64,000 bases of DNA from Minisyncoccia bacterium (GCA_041750655.1 JBGSYZ010000007.1:41493-105492), one strand, 5' to 3'. Shown: positions 1 to 9,827, counted from the stretch's first letter. Program-made: numbers and translations. The notes: generated by a model not told the origin, from the sequence alone.

Positions 1-267
1 GTCGACTGTATGGTGTCGCATTCACAAACCCTCTATCACGCAGCAGATACTCTCTATAGTGAAATTGTAAAAAAAGGTGATTATCGCGAAGAGCAGGCCA
101 TCGCCAAACTCCTACGCCTTTTTGAATCACATGCCAAAACCATGGCTCTCTTTGCTGAACTCAAAGAATACTACCCAGAGGCAGCCAAGCGCGTCGAAGG
201 CTATATTCCGGCTCTTGGCACCTCGGTTGAACATGGAGAAATTATGTGGGAAGAACGTAAGCAATAA
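1..267 (+). CDS. 3' end of a gene starting upstream of the window (product unknown)
   Basis: Frame open from base 1 to TAA at 265-267, ending 4 nt before the next ATG. Confidence 0.55.
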   Translation, partial: VDCMVSHSQTLYHAADTLYSEIVKKGDYREEQAIAKLLRLFESHAKTMALFAELKEYYPEAAKRVEGYIPALGTSVEHGEIMWEERKQ

Positions 268-271
268 AAGT

Positions 272-1330
272 ATGAACGTAGACTTTGATACAGAAATAGA
301 GCAACACCTTAGTAATATCCGTCGTCTCCAGACGGAGAGTGGTCTCTTTACGGCTTCAAGCCAAGGAGTGGTGACCGGCTATGATAAAGCCTGGCTGCGA
401 GACGTATATTTCATCGTACTTTCATTTTTGGAAACTGGCGATTTAGACACAACTAAAAAAGCCGCTAAAGCTCTCTTAAATATATTTGTAAAACACACAG
501 ATAAAATAGATTGGGCGATCCAAGAAAAACCACACGAAACATGGCAATTTATTCATGCGCGATTTCATCCAGAAACATTTGAAGAGTTTTGGGAAGAGTG
601 GGGAAATAAACAACATGACGCAGTCGGTGAAGTTCTCAATCTTTTAGTCACTCTAGAACTCATAGGTGAAGGTGTGATTGAAACAGAGGAAGAAAAAAAC
701 ATGATTCAGAAAATCGTTTACTACTTATGCAGCATTGAATACTGGCATGACGCAGATAATGGTATTTGGGAAGAGAATCTAGAGATACACGCTTCGTCGG
801 TTGGGTCAGTGGTGGCGGCCCTCCAGAAAGCTGATGAATTACCGTGGCTTGAGGTTCCCTACGAAGCCATCCGCAATGGACAAAATACCCTGCGCGGTCT
901 TTTACCTCGAGAATCAGCTGAAAAATTTTGTGACTTAGCGTTACTGACACTTTTGTATCCTTTTAAGGTGGCTACTGAAGCCGAAGCTAATGAGATATTA
1001 AAAAATGTTGAGTACCACTTAGCAAAAAATAAAGGAGTGATTCGCTATAAAACAGATCGTTACTACAACAACAACTTTGATGGCTGGAGCGAAGAAGCAG
1101 AGTGGTGCTTTGGTCATTCGTGGTTGGCGATTATTTATGCCGAGCGAGGTGACAAAGACAAAGCGTATCATTATCTAGAATTAGCACGAGCGGAGGTTAC
1201 AAAAGAAGGTTTCGTACCAGAACTGTATTACTCCAATACTGATACACCCAATGAAAATACGCCGTTGGGTTGGGCTGAGAGTATGTTGGTGATAGCTTTA
1301 CAGAAGGTAAAAGAAATGGAAAGTAGATAA
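272..1330 (+). CDS. Glycoside hydrolase family 15-like (glucoamylase / phosphorylase-kinase alpha-beta-like) protein
   Basis: YDKAWLRD, GIWEE, GVIRY and TPLGWAES motifs; start taken at ATG 272 rather than 77. Confidence 0.75.
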   Translation: MNVDFDTEIEQHLSNIRRLQTESGLFTASSQGVVTGYDKAWLRDVYFIVLSFLETGDLDTTKKAAKALLNIFVKHTDKIDWAIQEKPHETWQFIHARFHPETFEEFWEEWGNKQHDAVGEVLNLLVTLELIGEGVIETEEEKNMIQKIVYYLCSIEYWHDADNGIWEENLEIHASSVGSVVAALQKADELPWLEVPYEAIRNGQNTLRGLLPRESAEKFCDLALLTLLYPFKVATEAEANEILKNVEYHLAKNKGVIRYKTDRYYNNNFDGWSEEAEWCFGHSWLAIIYAERGDKDKAYHYLELARAEVTKEGFVPELYYSNTDTPNENTPLGWAESMLVIALQKVKEMESR

Positions 1331-1335
1331 AAAAC

Positions 1336-1358
1336 AGCCGCGCCCGAAGGGCGCGGCT
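1336..1358. terminator. Bidirectional GC hairpin (GCGCCC-N-GGGCGC family)
   Basis: agccgcgccc-gaa-gggcgcggct with A/T tails between convergent genes. Confidence 0.8.
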
Positions 1359-1366
1359 TTTGTATA

Positions 1367-1807
1367 TCAGCTAGATATATTTGCAGCTGCACAATAATTT
1401 GCTACCGGGCAGACCCGTTGCTGGTCATCAATTTTTACAACCTCTGATGCACAGACTACAGCTTGAACACCTGGAGGAAGCGGTACGTTTAAGTGAACAA
1501 AGACAGATGAGTTTAACGGGCACCATGTTCCGTTGTGATTAAATACCGGTCCGGTTGATAAAAATCTTATTTCAGTAACACGACATTCTGGATTATTGCT
1601 TCCTCCGCAACAATATGTAGTTCCATTAATACGCCTAGATTCTTCATTCAATAATCGATCGACACTACCGTATTCATGAAGAAGATTGTGACCATATCCA
1701 AAAGCACCAAATGGAATTTCTGACATATTTTCATTGGAACTTTGCGCTACTGCAGCGGACGATAATAGTACACAAACAACACTGTACGTGATAATTTTAA
1801 ACATCAC
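1367..1807 (-). CDS. Orphan secreted Cys-rich protein (cassette)
   Basis: Signal peptide, several Cys including CC; GAGGAGG SD and TTGTCT..TATAGT promoter upstream. Confidence 0.7.
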   Translation of the reverse strand: MMFKIITYSVVCVLLSSAAVAQSSNENMSEIPFGAFGYGHNLLHEYGSVDRLLNEESRRINGTTYCCGGSNNPECRVTEIRFLSTGPVFNHNGTWCPLNSSVFVHLNVPLPPGVQAVVCASEVVKIDDQQRVCPVANYCAAANISS

Positions 1808-1890
1808 TTAGCCTCCTCTTTTTTCTGATTAGGTAACTTTTCCTAACTACTATATACACCTTGAATTAATAATAGACAAGTTTTTTATTT

Positions 1891-2973
1891 TTAATACTGT
1901 CGCTTACTAAATCTCTGGGCAAGCTTTAGAATTAGGAACAAAATAAGTAATAGCAGGGTCAGTTGAACCAATATTGGATGAGCGAGAAATTTTGAAAGCA
2001 GGAAGAGTATTCCGTTGTAAACAAAGATGACAATCGCTTTAAGTCCACCAAAAATACTTTTTAGTAAAGTACCAAAGTTACCACTGACTCCTTCGGTGCT
2101 GCGAGTAATTTCACCGATGTGGCTGGTGGTTGCTCCATCATTTTTATCATCAGTGCCCATGTCTTCATTTGTTTCTGATTCTGAAGAGGTAGTGGTGGGA
2201 GCGGCGGCTTCGCCGCCGCTCGTTTCACCCACCTCAGTTTGAGTGGTAGCTTCGGCGCGGCTCTCACGATATTCATCCAGCTTGTCTTTACTGGTATTGA
2301 TAAAATTAGTGACTGACGAAAGAGTATTCCCGGCCCGGTTGTCAGTTAGAAATTGCTCTAAACCAGCCGGTTCATGAGAATTGTTTTCACCAGAGTTTTT
2401 ATTTTCCAGAACACTTTGGTCTTGTTTTTCAGTGTCGCTTTCTTCTTCGTCATTAGTTTTTGGTTTATCGTAGATTAACGGGTTGGTGCCCGCGGCTTTT
2501 TCATCTTCATCACTTACACCATCTCCATCATCGTCAGTATCTTCTGTATTTCCAATATTATCTTTGTCGGTATCTAAATCGACAAAAATAACATCTTCCG
2601 CAATAGCTGAAGTTAGGGTTACTGATTTGGTCCCAGAAGCGGTCGAAGATATTTCTGTTCGAGATAAAGAGGCACTGATAGTGCTGGTCCCGTATTTTGG
2701 TGTCCAATCAGCCCAACTTTCCACAATCCGCCCATCAAGGGCATCGATAAAATTCCGTTCAATCCGTTCACCGTTAACATAAAACTCCACCGCTCCCGAC
2801 AGGTCAGCGCCGGTATTGTTGCGTACGGCCACATAGACACGGATAGGTTCATCAGCAAAGAATAACTCTTGGTCATACCAAAGACCGCGAACAATACCAG
2901 CGTTAGATTCTTCTGCCTTTATAGGCGAAAAAGGAAGAAATAGTAGTATAAAAATAATCAGCCAAATCTGCAT
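1891..2973 (-). CDS. Membrane-anchored surface protein with Ig/CARDB-like domain and DxDxD Ca-binding repeats
   Basis: Signal peptide, DTDKDNIGNTEDTDDDGDG, acidic linker, C-terminal TM helices. Confidence 0.75.
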   Translation of the reverse strand: MQIWLIIFILLFLPFSPIKAEESNAGIVRGLWYDQELFFADEPIRVYVAVRNNTGADLSGAVEFYVNGERIERNFIDALDGRIVESWADWTPKYGTSTISASLSRTEISSTASGTKSVTLTSAIAEDVIFVDLDTDKDNIGNTEDTDDDGDGVSDEDEKAAGTNPLIYDKPKTNDEEESDTEKQDQSVLENKNSGENNSHEPAGLEQFLTDNRAGNTLSSVTNFINTSKDKLDEYRESRAEATTQTEVGETSGGEAAAPTTTSSESETNEDMGTDDKNDGATTSHIGEITRSTEGVSGNFGTLLKSIFGGLKAIVIFVYNGILFLLSKFLAHPILVQLTLLLLILFLILKLAQRFSKRQY

Positions 2974-3005
2974 ATAAATATTATACCCCCATTAAAAAGG
3001 ATTCA

Positions 3006-3034
3006 GCCCGGCGCCCACAAGTGGGGCGCCGGGC
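3006..3034. terminator. GC hairpin (GCGCCC family)
   Basis: gcccggcgccc-acaagtg-gggcgccgggc just past the stop of 3044..3697. Confidence 0.7.
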
Positions 3035-3043
3035 CAATAAAGT

Positions 3044-3697
3044 TCAAATATTGTCCATCGACGTGCATGTATTCCAAGCACCGATGAATTCAATTTCTTT
3101 TTTCGGGCCGTAGCCTCGTGTAACAGCCAAGAAAGGATCTCCAAAATCTGCCAGAATACGCACTCTTGTACCCGGAATTTCCTCGGCTACGCTCAGGCGC
3201 AATTTGAGGTTGTCCGGGACGGCGTGCCGTCCAAAGGCATCTGGGGTATAGAACCTCCAGAAACCCATTGTCTCGACCAAGTGATCATTGTTGCTCATCT
3301 CAGCGACAATGATAAAAGCAAAAACCGTCATCCAACTCACCAATGGGAGGTATAACCACCCAGTGTCAAAAGGCATATAACCTCCAGCAAAGAAAGCAAA
3401 GATGAAAAGTACGAATGAGAGGAGTAACGAAAACAGCACGCTTGGGATTTGGCCGACACGTAGCCACATAAACGGAAGCACCAAATTAATCACCATCAGA
3501 CCTTGAAAAAACCAGTGCAAAATTTCGTGCCCAACGGTAGGCCGACTTAATCGTTTCATCTTGGCCACGTGTTCTTCGACGTCTTTTCGGCTGAGGATTG
3601 GTAAATCGTATTGGCCGATCAGTTGAGCCAAGGTCATTGAATGGCTGTTCGTTGTCCGGAATTTTCCCAGAACAGGCATCATATCGACATACGACAT
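3044..3697 (-). CDS. Orphan membrane protein (cassette)
   Basis: About 3 TM segments; GGGAG SD and TTGACT -35 upstream. Confidence 0.7.
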   Translation of the reverse strand: MSYVDMMPVLGKFRTTNSHSMTLAQLIGQYDLPILSRKDVEEHVAKMKRLSRPTVGHEILHWFFQGLMVINLVLPFMWLRVGQIPSVLFSLLLSFVLFIFAFFAGGYMPFDTGWLYLPLVSWMTVFAFIIVAEMSNNDHLVETMGFWRFYTPDAFGRHAVPDNLKLRLSVAEEIPGTRVRILADFGDPFLAVTRGYGPKKEIEFIGAWNTCTSMDNI

Positions 3698-3845
3698 TTT
3701 TTTCTCCCTATCCAGACAAGATTGTCTAACAAGTAAGTTATGCTTTTATGCATAGTAAGTCAATAAGTAAAAGTATGCATTTACAAAACACAGCCTCTCT
3801 TGTATAGTATTGCCCTCGCAGTTAAGGATGAAAGGTTCCTAACGA

Positions 3846-4277
3846 ATGCAGAAAAAACCTAGCTTTGATGACTCGTTTCCGGTCACGATTTGGACCGACC
3901 TAACGCCGGGAGCAATCCGGATTGCTCGCATGTTGGGTGACAAAATATTGTTTGAGCGTGGGCTCGAGACCTACACTCAGTGGTATAACAAGCTCAAAGC
4001 ATTGGGGCACAGTGCGGTGGACACCGACTTTTTTCCGACCAATGGTCGTAACAAAAGTCTCTACCCGCAGGCCTTGCCGGCAATTATCGACAGGGTAGAG
4101 AATCAAGACGAAGCGGACTTTTTGTATGCGGTTATACGGGATTGTCCGCCGGTTGGCACTGAGAAAGTGTGTGCTGAAAAATGGGCTACCATGCTTGCCC
4201 GTCTCGGTATCGAAGGCGGCCCCACACTCGATGTTTCAGCCTTTCTCGGCCAGCAACAAGTCGCCCGGGCCGCCTAA
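3846..4277 (+). CDS. Orphan hypothetical protein (cassette)
   Basis: TTTACA..TATAGT promoter, GAAAGG SD, hairpin at about 4305-4335. Confidence 0.7.
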   Translation: MQKKPSFDDSFPVTIWTDLTPGAIRIARMLGDKILFERGLETYTQWYNKLKALGHSAVDTDFFPTNGRNKSLYPQALPAIIDRVENQDEADFLYAVIRDCPPVGTEKVCAEKWATMLARLGIEGGPTLDVSAFLGQQQVARAA

Positions 4278-4372
4278 GTTCATTGCAAAAAAAAGTTCTT
4301 ATCACCAGCCGGCCAGTTTCCAAACTGGCCGGCTGAATCTTTTTATGCTTAAAATTTGTTATATTTAAGTAT

Positions 4373-4696
4373 ATGAGTATCTTTCGAGAATATATAGCCT
4401 ATTTAAAAGATAACCCGAAAGGGTATTGGTTTAAACGAAAGCTGTATGGGTGGGGGTGGACCCCGGCACGGTGGCAGGGGTGGGTCACATTAATTATTTT
4501 TATCGCTGGTATCATCTGGAATGCTATTCGTCTTGATTCTGCTTCTCATTCTGTTAGTGACACTCTTATAAACGTGGTGCCACAAACTTTTGTGTTACTT
4601 CTTTTGTTGCTTGTGATTTGCTACAAAACCGGCGAGAAACCGAAATGGCAATTTGGTTTCCCTAAAAAGTTAGAAAATGAAGAAACAATCAACTGA
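4373..4696 (+). CDS. Small two-TM membrane protein
   Basis: WFKRKLYGWGWTP motif followed by two hydrophobic helices. Confidence 0.7.
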   Translation: MSIFREYIAYLKDNPKGYWFKRKLYGWGWTPARWQGWVTLIIFIAGIIWNAIRLDSASHSVSDTLINVVPQTFVLLLLLLVICYKTGEKPKWQFGFPKKLENEETIN

Positions 4697-4958
4697 TAGT
4701 TTTTTTATTTATATATTGAAGTGTGCTGACGGTACGCTGTACACTGGGTATACCGATGACCTACAGGAACGGGTTAAAACTCACAATGGTGAGAGCAAAA
4801 AAGTTGGTGCTAAGTACACTCGAGGTCGACGACCGGTGAAGCTGGTCTATAGTGAAGGTTTTAAAACCAAATCCGAGGCCATGAAACGAGAGATAGAAAT
4901 AAAAAAACTTACACGCCTACAAAAAGAAAAGTTATTCACACAGTTGTTAGCATCATAG
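4677..4958 (+). CDS. GIY-YIG nuclease family protein (UPF0213)
   Basis: IYILKCADGTLYTGYTDDL..R..HN..GAKYTRGRRPV..A.KRE..IK. Confidence 0.92.
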   Translation: MKKQSTDSFFIYILKCADGTLYTGYTDDLQERVKTHNGESKKVGAKYTRGRRPVKLVYSEGFKTKSEAMKREIEIKKLTRLQKEKLFTQLLAS

Positions 4959-5074
4959 TGTAGCGTGTAAAAAATTGTGGCTATATAATTATGTGAACAT
5001 GAGAACAAAGGGGGAAAGGAGGCAACTCCCCATACTACCGGTCATCATGCATTAAAAGTTATGCATAACAAAAA

Positions 5075-5134
5075 ATGGCAGCAAAAAAGAAAGTAGCTAA
5101 AAAAGCTCCAGCTAAAAAAGCTAAGAAGAAATAA
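5075..5134 (+). CDS. 19-aa Lys/Ala-rich micropeptide MAAKKKVAKKAPAKKAKKK
   Basis: Read by hand; upstream TATAAT-like box and terminator directly after the stop. Confidence 0.55.
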   Translation: MAAKKKVAKKAPAKKAKKK

Positions 5135-5139
5135 CTTCT

Positions 5140-5170
5140 AAAAAAGGCGCCCCACAGGGGCGCCTTTTTT
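5140..5170. terminator. Bidirectional terminator (GCGCCC family)
   Basis: aaaaaaggcgcccc-aca-ggggcgcctttttt. Confidence 0.85.
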
Positions 5171-5906
5171 ATTTGTCACTCATAAATATACTCAAATCGG
5201 AAGAATTTATTTTACCGTCACGGTTAAAGTCTGAACGCAGATTTTGCGTGGCAAAATCTGCCATAAAAATACTGGTATCAATAAAATTTTTCTTACCATC
5301 ATTATTCAAGTCAGTGTTAATTGGTTCTGGCAATACAGCAAGCATTTTTTTCTCAGTGGCTTTTTCTAGCACTGTCTCTTCTTGTAGTTTTTGGTTTTCA
5401 ATCTCAAAAATAGCGTCAATTGGTTTTTTTACTTCATCATCACTACCTAAACCGTCATGTTTTAATATTCGAATATCATTCAAACCAACTTCAGTTTCTC
5501 CAGTCGATAAGGTTTCAAAAGTTACGTTCAACAATTTTCCGGTGCCAGTGAATCCTCCGGGTACGGTGGTGCCACCAATAAAATTTAAAGTCCCGTCACC
5601 ATTACTGTACCAAGGCAATTCTGCCCACAGGTCCGCAATAGAGGTGTTGTAGTCAATCGATATAACTTTTAAATGGTGTGGGTCAAAATGTACCAGCCCC
5701 TTAAACACATTAACCGGCTGTCCTGCTTCTACGATAATATCGACAACGATTTTTTCACCAACAAAAGTACTACCCGATGTTGGTTCAATTCTCATGTCGG
5801 CGGCTGAAGTAAAATCTATAATATTGAAAATACTATTGATTCCAAAAAAACTAAAAATAGCGATGAGCGTAGTTATTAAAATTCTCCCAAGGGTTAGTTG
5901 TGGCAT
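5169..5906 (-). CDS. Cohesin-domain plus dockerin-like surface protein
   Basis: N-terminal TM, cohesin-like beta domain (VHFDP...GGFTGTGKLLNVTF), paired DLNNDG/DFNRDG EF-hand-like loops. Confidence 0.75.
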   Translation of the reverse strand: MPQLTLGRILITTLIAIFSFFGINSIFNIIDFTSAADMRIEPTSGSTFVGEKIVVDIIVEAGQPVNVFKGLVHFDPHHLKVISIDYNTSIADLWAELPWYSNGDGTLNFIGGTTVPGGFTGTGKLLNVTFETLSTGETEVGLNDIRILKHDGLGSDDEVKKPIDAIFEIENQKLQEETVLEKATEKKMLAVLPEPINTDLNNDGKKNFIDTSIFMADFATQNLRSDFNRDGKINSSDLSIFMSDK

Positions 5907-5970
5907 AATTTATAGTATAACCCCTCGAAATGGTTGAATTTATGTTTATGTACTGTAGGATAGGGGACTT

Positions 5971-7455
5971 ATGTCACGCGCTGCCGGACTCATAACGTTT
6001 AATACCGTTTCATACCAACACGATGCAATCACGCCTATCTTAAAAGAGGCGAGTTTTTCAGTCCGTCGGGGCGGCAAGTTTACTCTTATGGGTCAAAATG
6101 GTGCCGGTAAGAGTACTATTTTTGGTTTGATTGCAGGTGAGTATCAGCCGGATGAAGGTGACATTAATATCATGCCCAAAACTAGTGTCGCCGTGTCACG
6201 ACAAATTATTCCTCGAGCAGAACTGGAACTTACGATGCGGGAATTTTTTGAGAAATGTTTTTCCGAGAAAGTGTACAACATAGACCCAAAAATTGACGAG
6301 ATGCTTGAGGTGGTAAACATGACACCACCGAGTCCGGAAATGGCCAAAGATTTTAAAGATAGAGTGGTCGGCAGTTTTTCTGGTGGTCAGCAGGCTCGTC
6401 TACTTTTAGCCTCAGCCCTGATTCAAGAACCTGATGTTCTCTTGCTTGATGAACCAACCAACAACCTAGATGCTGAAGGTGTTGCTCACCTAACTGAGTT
6501 TCTTAAAGAGTATCGCAAGACCGTGATCGTGATTTCCCATGACGCTGAATTCTTAAATTCATTTACGCACGGTGTTTTGTATCTCAATACCCAAACACGC
6601 ACCGTCGAACAATACGATGGAAACTATAACGACGTGATTAAAGAGATTGCTCTGCGTGTAGATAAAGAAAAAAGACTGAACGCTCAAATGGCTAAAGAGA
6701 TTCAGGCCAACAAAGACAAGGCAAACTTCTTTGCGAACAAAGGTGGTAACTTGCGGGCGGTCGCCAAACGCATGCGCGAGAAAGTAGAAGAATACGAAGA
6801 AAATAAGGTTGATGTTCGTAAAGAAGACCGAACTATCCGACCGTTTGAAATTCCGGTTCAAGACGATGTGCCACTGGAAGTATTAACACTCACTTCTTAC
6901 AAAGTAATTAAAAATCACACTCCAAAAGATGTAGTGTGTGATATCACAATGCGCCGTGGTCAGCATTGGCGAATTGTGGGACCAAACGGAATTGGTAAAA
7001 CCACTCTTTTAGAATCACTAGCGACTGGTCATGCTAAAGGCGAAGTGGTAGCACCGGGTGTGAAGATAGGTTACTACCGACAGGATTTTTCAAACCTCGA
7101 TTTTGAGCAGACAGTATTTGACTGCTTGATGGAAGCTATGGAAAAGAAGCTAGAAGAAAGCATGCGTTCAATCGCCGCTGGCTTTCTCCTAACCGGAGAT
7201 GTGATGAAAAATAAAATTGGCTTGCTCTCGGAAGGACAGAAAGGTTTAGTAGCGTTCGCTCGTTTGGTCATGCAACGACCGGGGCTGCTTATTTTTGACG
7301 AACCCACCAACCATATCAACTTTCGGCATATTCCAGTGATAGCTGACGCACTAAGTAAATACAAGGGCACGATGATTTTGGTTTCCCACGTTCCAGATTT
7401 TGTGGAAAAAATTAGAATTGATGAAACCCTGGATTTAAACAAACTTAAGAAGTGA
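5971..7455 (+). CDS. ABC-F family ATPase
   Basis: Two ABC domains (GQNGAGKST, GPNGIGKTT; LLDEPTNNLD, FDEPTNH), no TM. Confidence 0.93.
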   Translation: MSRAAGLITFNTVSYQHDAITPILKEASFSVRRGGKFTLMGQNGAGKSTIFGLIAGEYQPDEGDINIMPKTSVAVSRQIIPRAELELTMREFFEKCFSEKVYNIDPKIDEMLEVVNMTPPSPEMAKDFKDRVVGSFSGGQQARLLLASALIQEPDVLLLDEPTNNLDAEGVAHLTEFLKEYRKTVIVISHDAEFLNSFTHGVLYLNTQTRTVEQYDGNYNDVIKEIALRVDKEKRLNAQMAKEIQANKDKANFFANKGGNLRAVAKRMREKVEEYEENKVDVRKEDRTIRPFEIPVQDDVPLEVLTLTSYKVIKNHTPKDVVCDITMRRGQHWRIVGPNGIGKTTLLESLATGHAKGEVVAPGVKIGYYRQDFSNLDFEQTVFDCLMEAMEKKLEESMRSIAAGFLLTGDVMKNKIGLLSEGQKGLVAFARLVMQRPGLLIFDEPTNHINFRHIPVIADALSKYKGTMILVSHVPDFVEKIRIDETLDLNKLKK

Positions 7456-7536
7456 TATACTACTAAAATATAAATATTAAAGAGGACGGATGAAAATATA
7501 ACGCATTATAAAAACTTATTAGATAAATAGTATTTT

Positions 7537-7611
7537 ATGGCTAAAGGCAATTTCTCTCAAAATAAACGAGAAAAAAAGAAACCAAAGAAAGACAAAGGAG
7601 ATACGAAGTAA
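7537..7611 (+). CDS. 24-aa basic micropeptide MAKGNFSQNKREKKKPKKDKGDTK
   Basis: Read by hand; AT-rich start context, hairpin 7618-7642 directly downstream. Confidence 0.55.
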   Translation: MAKGNFSQNKREKKKPKKDKGDTK

Positions 7612-7617
7612 CAGCAA

Positions 7618-7642
7618 GAGGCGCGCCCGTAGGGCGCGCCTC
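7618..7642. terminator. GC hairpin (GCGCCC family)
   Basis: gaggcgcgccc-gta-gggcgcgcctc. Confidence 0.75.
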
Positions 7643-7694
7643 CAGCTTTTTGCACTAAGAAGTGAATAATGAGTATGGAAAGGAGGTGGTCAAT

Positions 7695-7919
7695 GTGACT
7701 TACCAGAAAAAATGGCAAAAACCACCTGGTGAACGTTGGCGTAAATTGAGTCAAACCTACAACCCCAGACCGAAACCCGGCGACCATGTCTTACTTCGCA
7801 ATGACGAAGTAGATGTGGTCAAAAGCTACAACGAGGCCTACAAAATGTATACGCTTCAACACCATCAGGGACTGTTCTCGGCTGAAAACCTGATTGTTCT
7901 CAACGAGACAAAAAAATAA
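7695..7919 (+). CDS. Orphan small protein (cassette)
   Basis: AAGGAGGT SD before GTG 7695; hairpin cccaggccgc..gcggcctggg at the stop. Confidence 0.6.
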   Translation: MTYQKKWQKPPGERWRKLSQTYNPRPKPGDHVLLRNDEVDVVKSYNEAYKMYTLQHHQGLFSAENLIVLNETKK

Positions 7920-7986
7920 CCCAGGCCGCGTGCGGCCTGGGTCAACCTATTTTCTGATACACTATTGGTATATAAGAACTTTATAT

Positions 7987-8190
7987 ATGGAAAACAATAT
8001 TGAACAACGTCTCGCCAACCAAGAAGAAAAAATTGAAGCTATCCTTACTTCAGTTAAAAAAACTGAAAAGTATTTTAAGGTTACTCTTTGGGTAACCGTC
8101 ATTATGTTTGTAGTACCTTTGTTAGGTCTACTATTTGTCATTCCAGCATTTATTGCCAGCTATACGACATCGCTTGGAGGTTTGATTTAA
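7987..8190 (+). CDS. Small membrane protein
   Basis: Coiled N-terminus plus TM; ATG 7987. Confidence 0.65.
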   Translation: MENNIEQRLANQEEKIEAILTSVKKTEKYFKVTLWVTVIMFVVPLLGLLFVIPAFIASYTTSLGGLI

Positions 8191-8193
8191 TTA

Positions 8194-8595
8194 ATGAAAA
8201 AACGGTCATACAAAATAACTAGTAATGTTTTCATTTGGCCAGGTGAGACAGTCCGGGGGACTGTCGCAAGACCTTTTGTGCCTTTTTCGAGCACGACAGT
8301 TCGAAGAAAAAAGCCAAAAGGTATACAGCACCGGTACGGTGAGCAGGATAAATGGCATTTTGTGTCCGTAACAAAGAAGATTGGAGAAGAAATCAAGAAA
8401 AATTTTGGTAGTAACAGCCGAGGGTTCGGATCATTGCCAGTCGAAGTGATTATTGGCAAAACGAAATGGACAACATCAATTTTCCCAGAAAAGACTTCTG
8501 GTTCGTACATCTTGCCTCTAAAACCTAAGGTAAGAAAAACAGAAGGTATTTGGGAAGGAGATGTGCTTAAGTATTCAATAAAAATTAAAGTTTAG
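8194..8595 (+). CDS. DUF1905-family protein carrying an in-frame palindromic insert
   Basis: WHFV, RGFGSLPV.V.IGKT.WTTSIFP, YILPLK..VRK.EGI motifs; 32 extra residues after WPGE. Confidence 0.8.
   Translation: MKKRSYKITSNVFIWPGETVRGTVARPFVPFSSTTVRRKKPKGIQHRYGEQDKWHFVSVTKKIGEEIKKNFGSNSRGFGSLPVEVIIGKTKWTTSIFPEKTSGSYILPLKPKVRKTEGIWEGDVLKYSIKIKV
8242..8343 (+). mobile_element. 96-bp palindromic insert flanked by GGTGAG direct repeats (family B)
   Basis: gacagtcc-ggg-ggactgtc and accttttg...caaaaggt stems; GGTGAG at 8242 and 8338. Confidence 0.7.
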
Positions 8596-8597
8596 GT

Positions 8598-9236
8598 ATG
8601 AAGGTCAATGAAATATACAAAAAGTATAATATAAACAAAGGATTGCAGGAGCATATGCTCCGTGTGGCAGCAGTGTCAAAATTAATTTGTGATAATTTTG
8701 ATACTGATTTAGATAAAGAAAATGTAGTTAATGCATGTTTGCTTCATGATATGGCAAACCTAATAAAGTCAAAACTCGATAGCGCCCCAGAATTATTTGA
8801 ACCGGAAGGAATTGAGTATTGGGAAGGTGTTAAAAATGAAATGATAAGTAAATATGGAAATAATGTTCATGAAGCAACGTCTAAAATAGTTTCAGAAGTC
8901 ACTAACGAAGAAAAAATAAATATACTCGTAAGTGAAATGGCTTTTGATGCGATTAAAGAAATTGCTGAAAAAGGTAAAGTTGAAGTAAAAATTGCTTTAT
9001 ATTCAGATATGAGAGTGGGTATGTACGGCATTATTTCTCTCGATGAAAGATTTGATGATATAAAAGAACGATATGTTCCACGCGGTCGTTTTAGTGCTGA
9101 AGAGATAGAAGCTAGAAGGGAAGCAGCAAAAAGAATTGAAGATAAAATTTTCACGCATTGCAAAATCAAACCAGAAGATATAAATGATGAATCGACAAAA
9201 GTTATTCAGCAGGGATTATTAGGAGTAGAAATTTAA
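8598..9236 (+). CDS. HD-domain protein
   Basis: EHMLRV ... ACLLHD ... YSDMR motifs. Confidence 0.8.
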   Translation: MKVNEIYKKYNINKGLQEHMLRVAAVSKLICDNFDTDLDKENVVNACLLHDMANLIKSKLDSAPELFEPEGIEYWEGVKNEMISKYGNNVHEATSKIVSEVTNEEKINILVSEMAFDAIKEIAEKGKVEVKIALYSDMRVGMYGIISLDERFDDIKERYVPRGRFSAEEIEARREAAKRIEDKIFTHCKIKPEDINDESTKVIQQGLLGVEI

Positions 9237-9237
9237 A

Positions 9238-9726
9238 ATGATTAAAAAAGCTTATTTAGCTGGGGGTTGCTTCTGGGGTCTCGAAGAACTTTTGCGCACC
9301 CAACCAGGCATTATCAGCACCGAAGCCGGGTACTGTGGTGGTAAAAATGAAAATCCAACGTACCGTGACCACCCTGGTCACGCTGAGTCGTTAGAGATTG
9401 AATACGATGACACAGTGACAAGTTATAAAAAAATTCTCGATTTCTTTTTTCAAATCCATAACCCGACTACCCTTAACCAGCAAGGGAATGATAAGGGCAC
9501 GTCGTATCGCTCTGCTATTTTCTATGCCAATGATGAAGAGAAGGCGGTTGCCCAAGAGATGATAGAGATAGTAAACGAATCAGGTCGCTGGGATAACCCG
9601 GTGGTGACTACTCTCGAGCCGCTGACTCGTTTTTGGCCGGCTGAACCGGAACATCAAGATTACTTACAACGTTTCCCAAGTGGCTACACTTGTCACGCGA
9701 TTTATTTTGATTCATATCTAGATTAG
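9238..9726 (+). CDS. msrA: Peptide methionine sulfoxide reductase A
   Basis: [30 protein letters not shown]. Confidence 0.97.
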   Translation: MIKKAYLAGGCFWGLEELLRTQPGIISTEAGYCGGKNENPTYRDHPGHAESLEIEYDDTVTSYKKILDFFFQIHNPTTLNQQGNDKGTSYRSAIFYANDEEKAVAQEMIEIVNESGRWDNPVVTTLEPLTRFWPAEPEHQDYLQRFPSGYTCHAIYFDSYLD

Positions 9727-9792
9727 TAGGGTAGCAAAAAGACCGGCGATCTTTACTCACCGGTCTTTTTATTTATCAACATCATATATTCC

Positions 9793-9827
9793 AGTACCTT
9801 GCAATACATAGTACCTTATGCTATAAT
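9793..9827 (+). promoter_or_regulatory. Putative PadR operator overlapping an extended -10 promoter
   Basis: AGTACC-N-AGTACC repeat, then TG-C-TATAAT 6 nt before the ATG. Confidence 0.45.

Noticed and set aside
4677-4958. GIY-YIG protein as the mobiliser of the elements
   Set aside because: It is an ordinary stand-alone UPF0213 protein with no link to any element.
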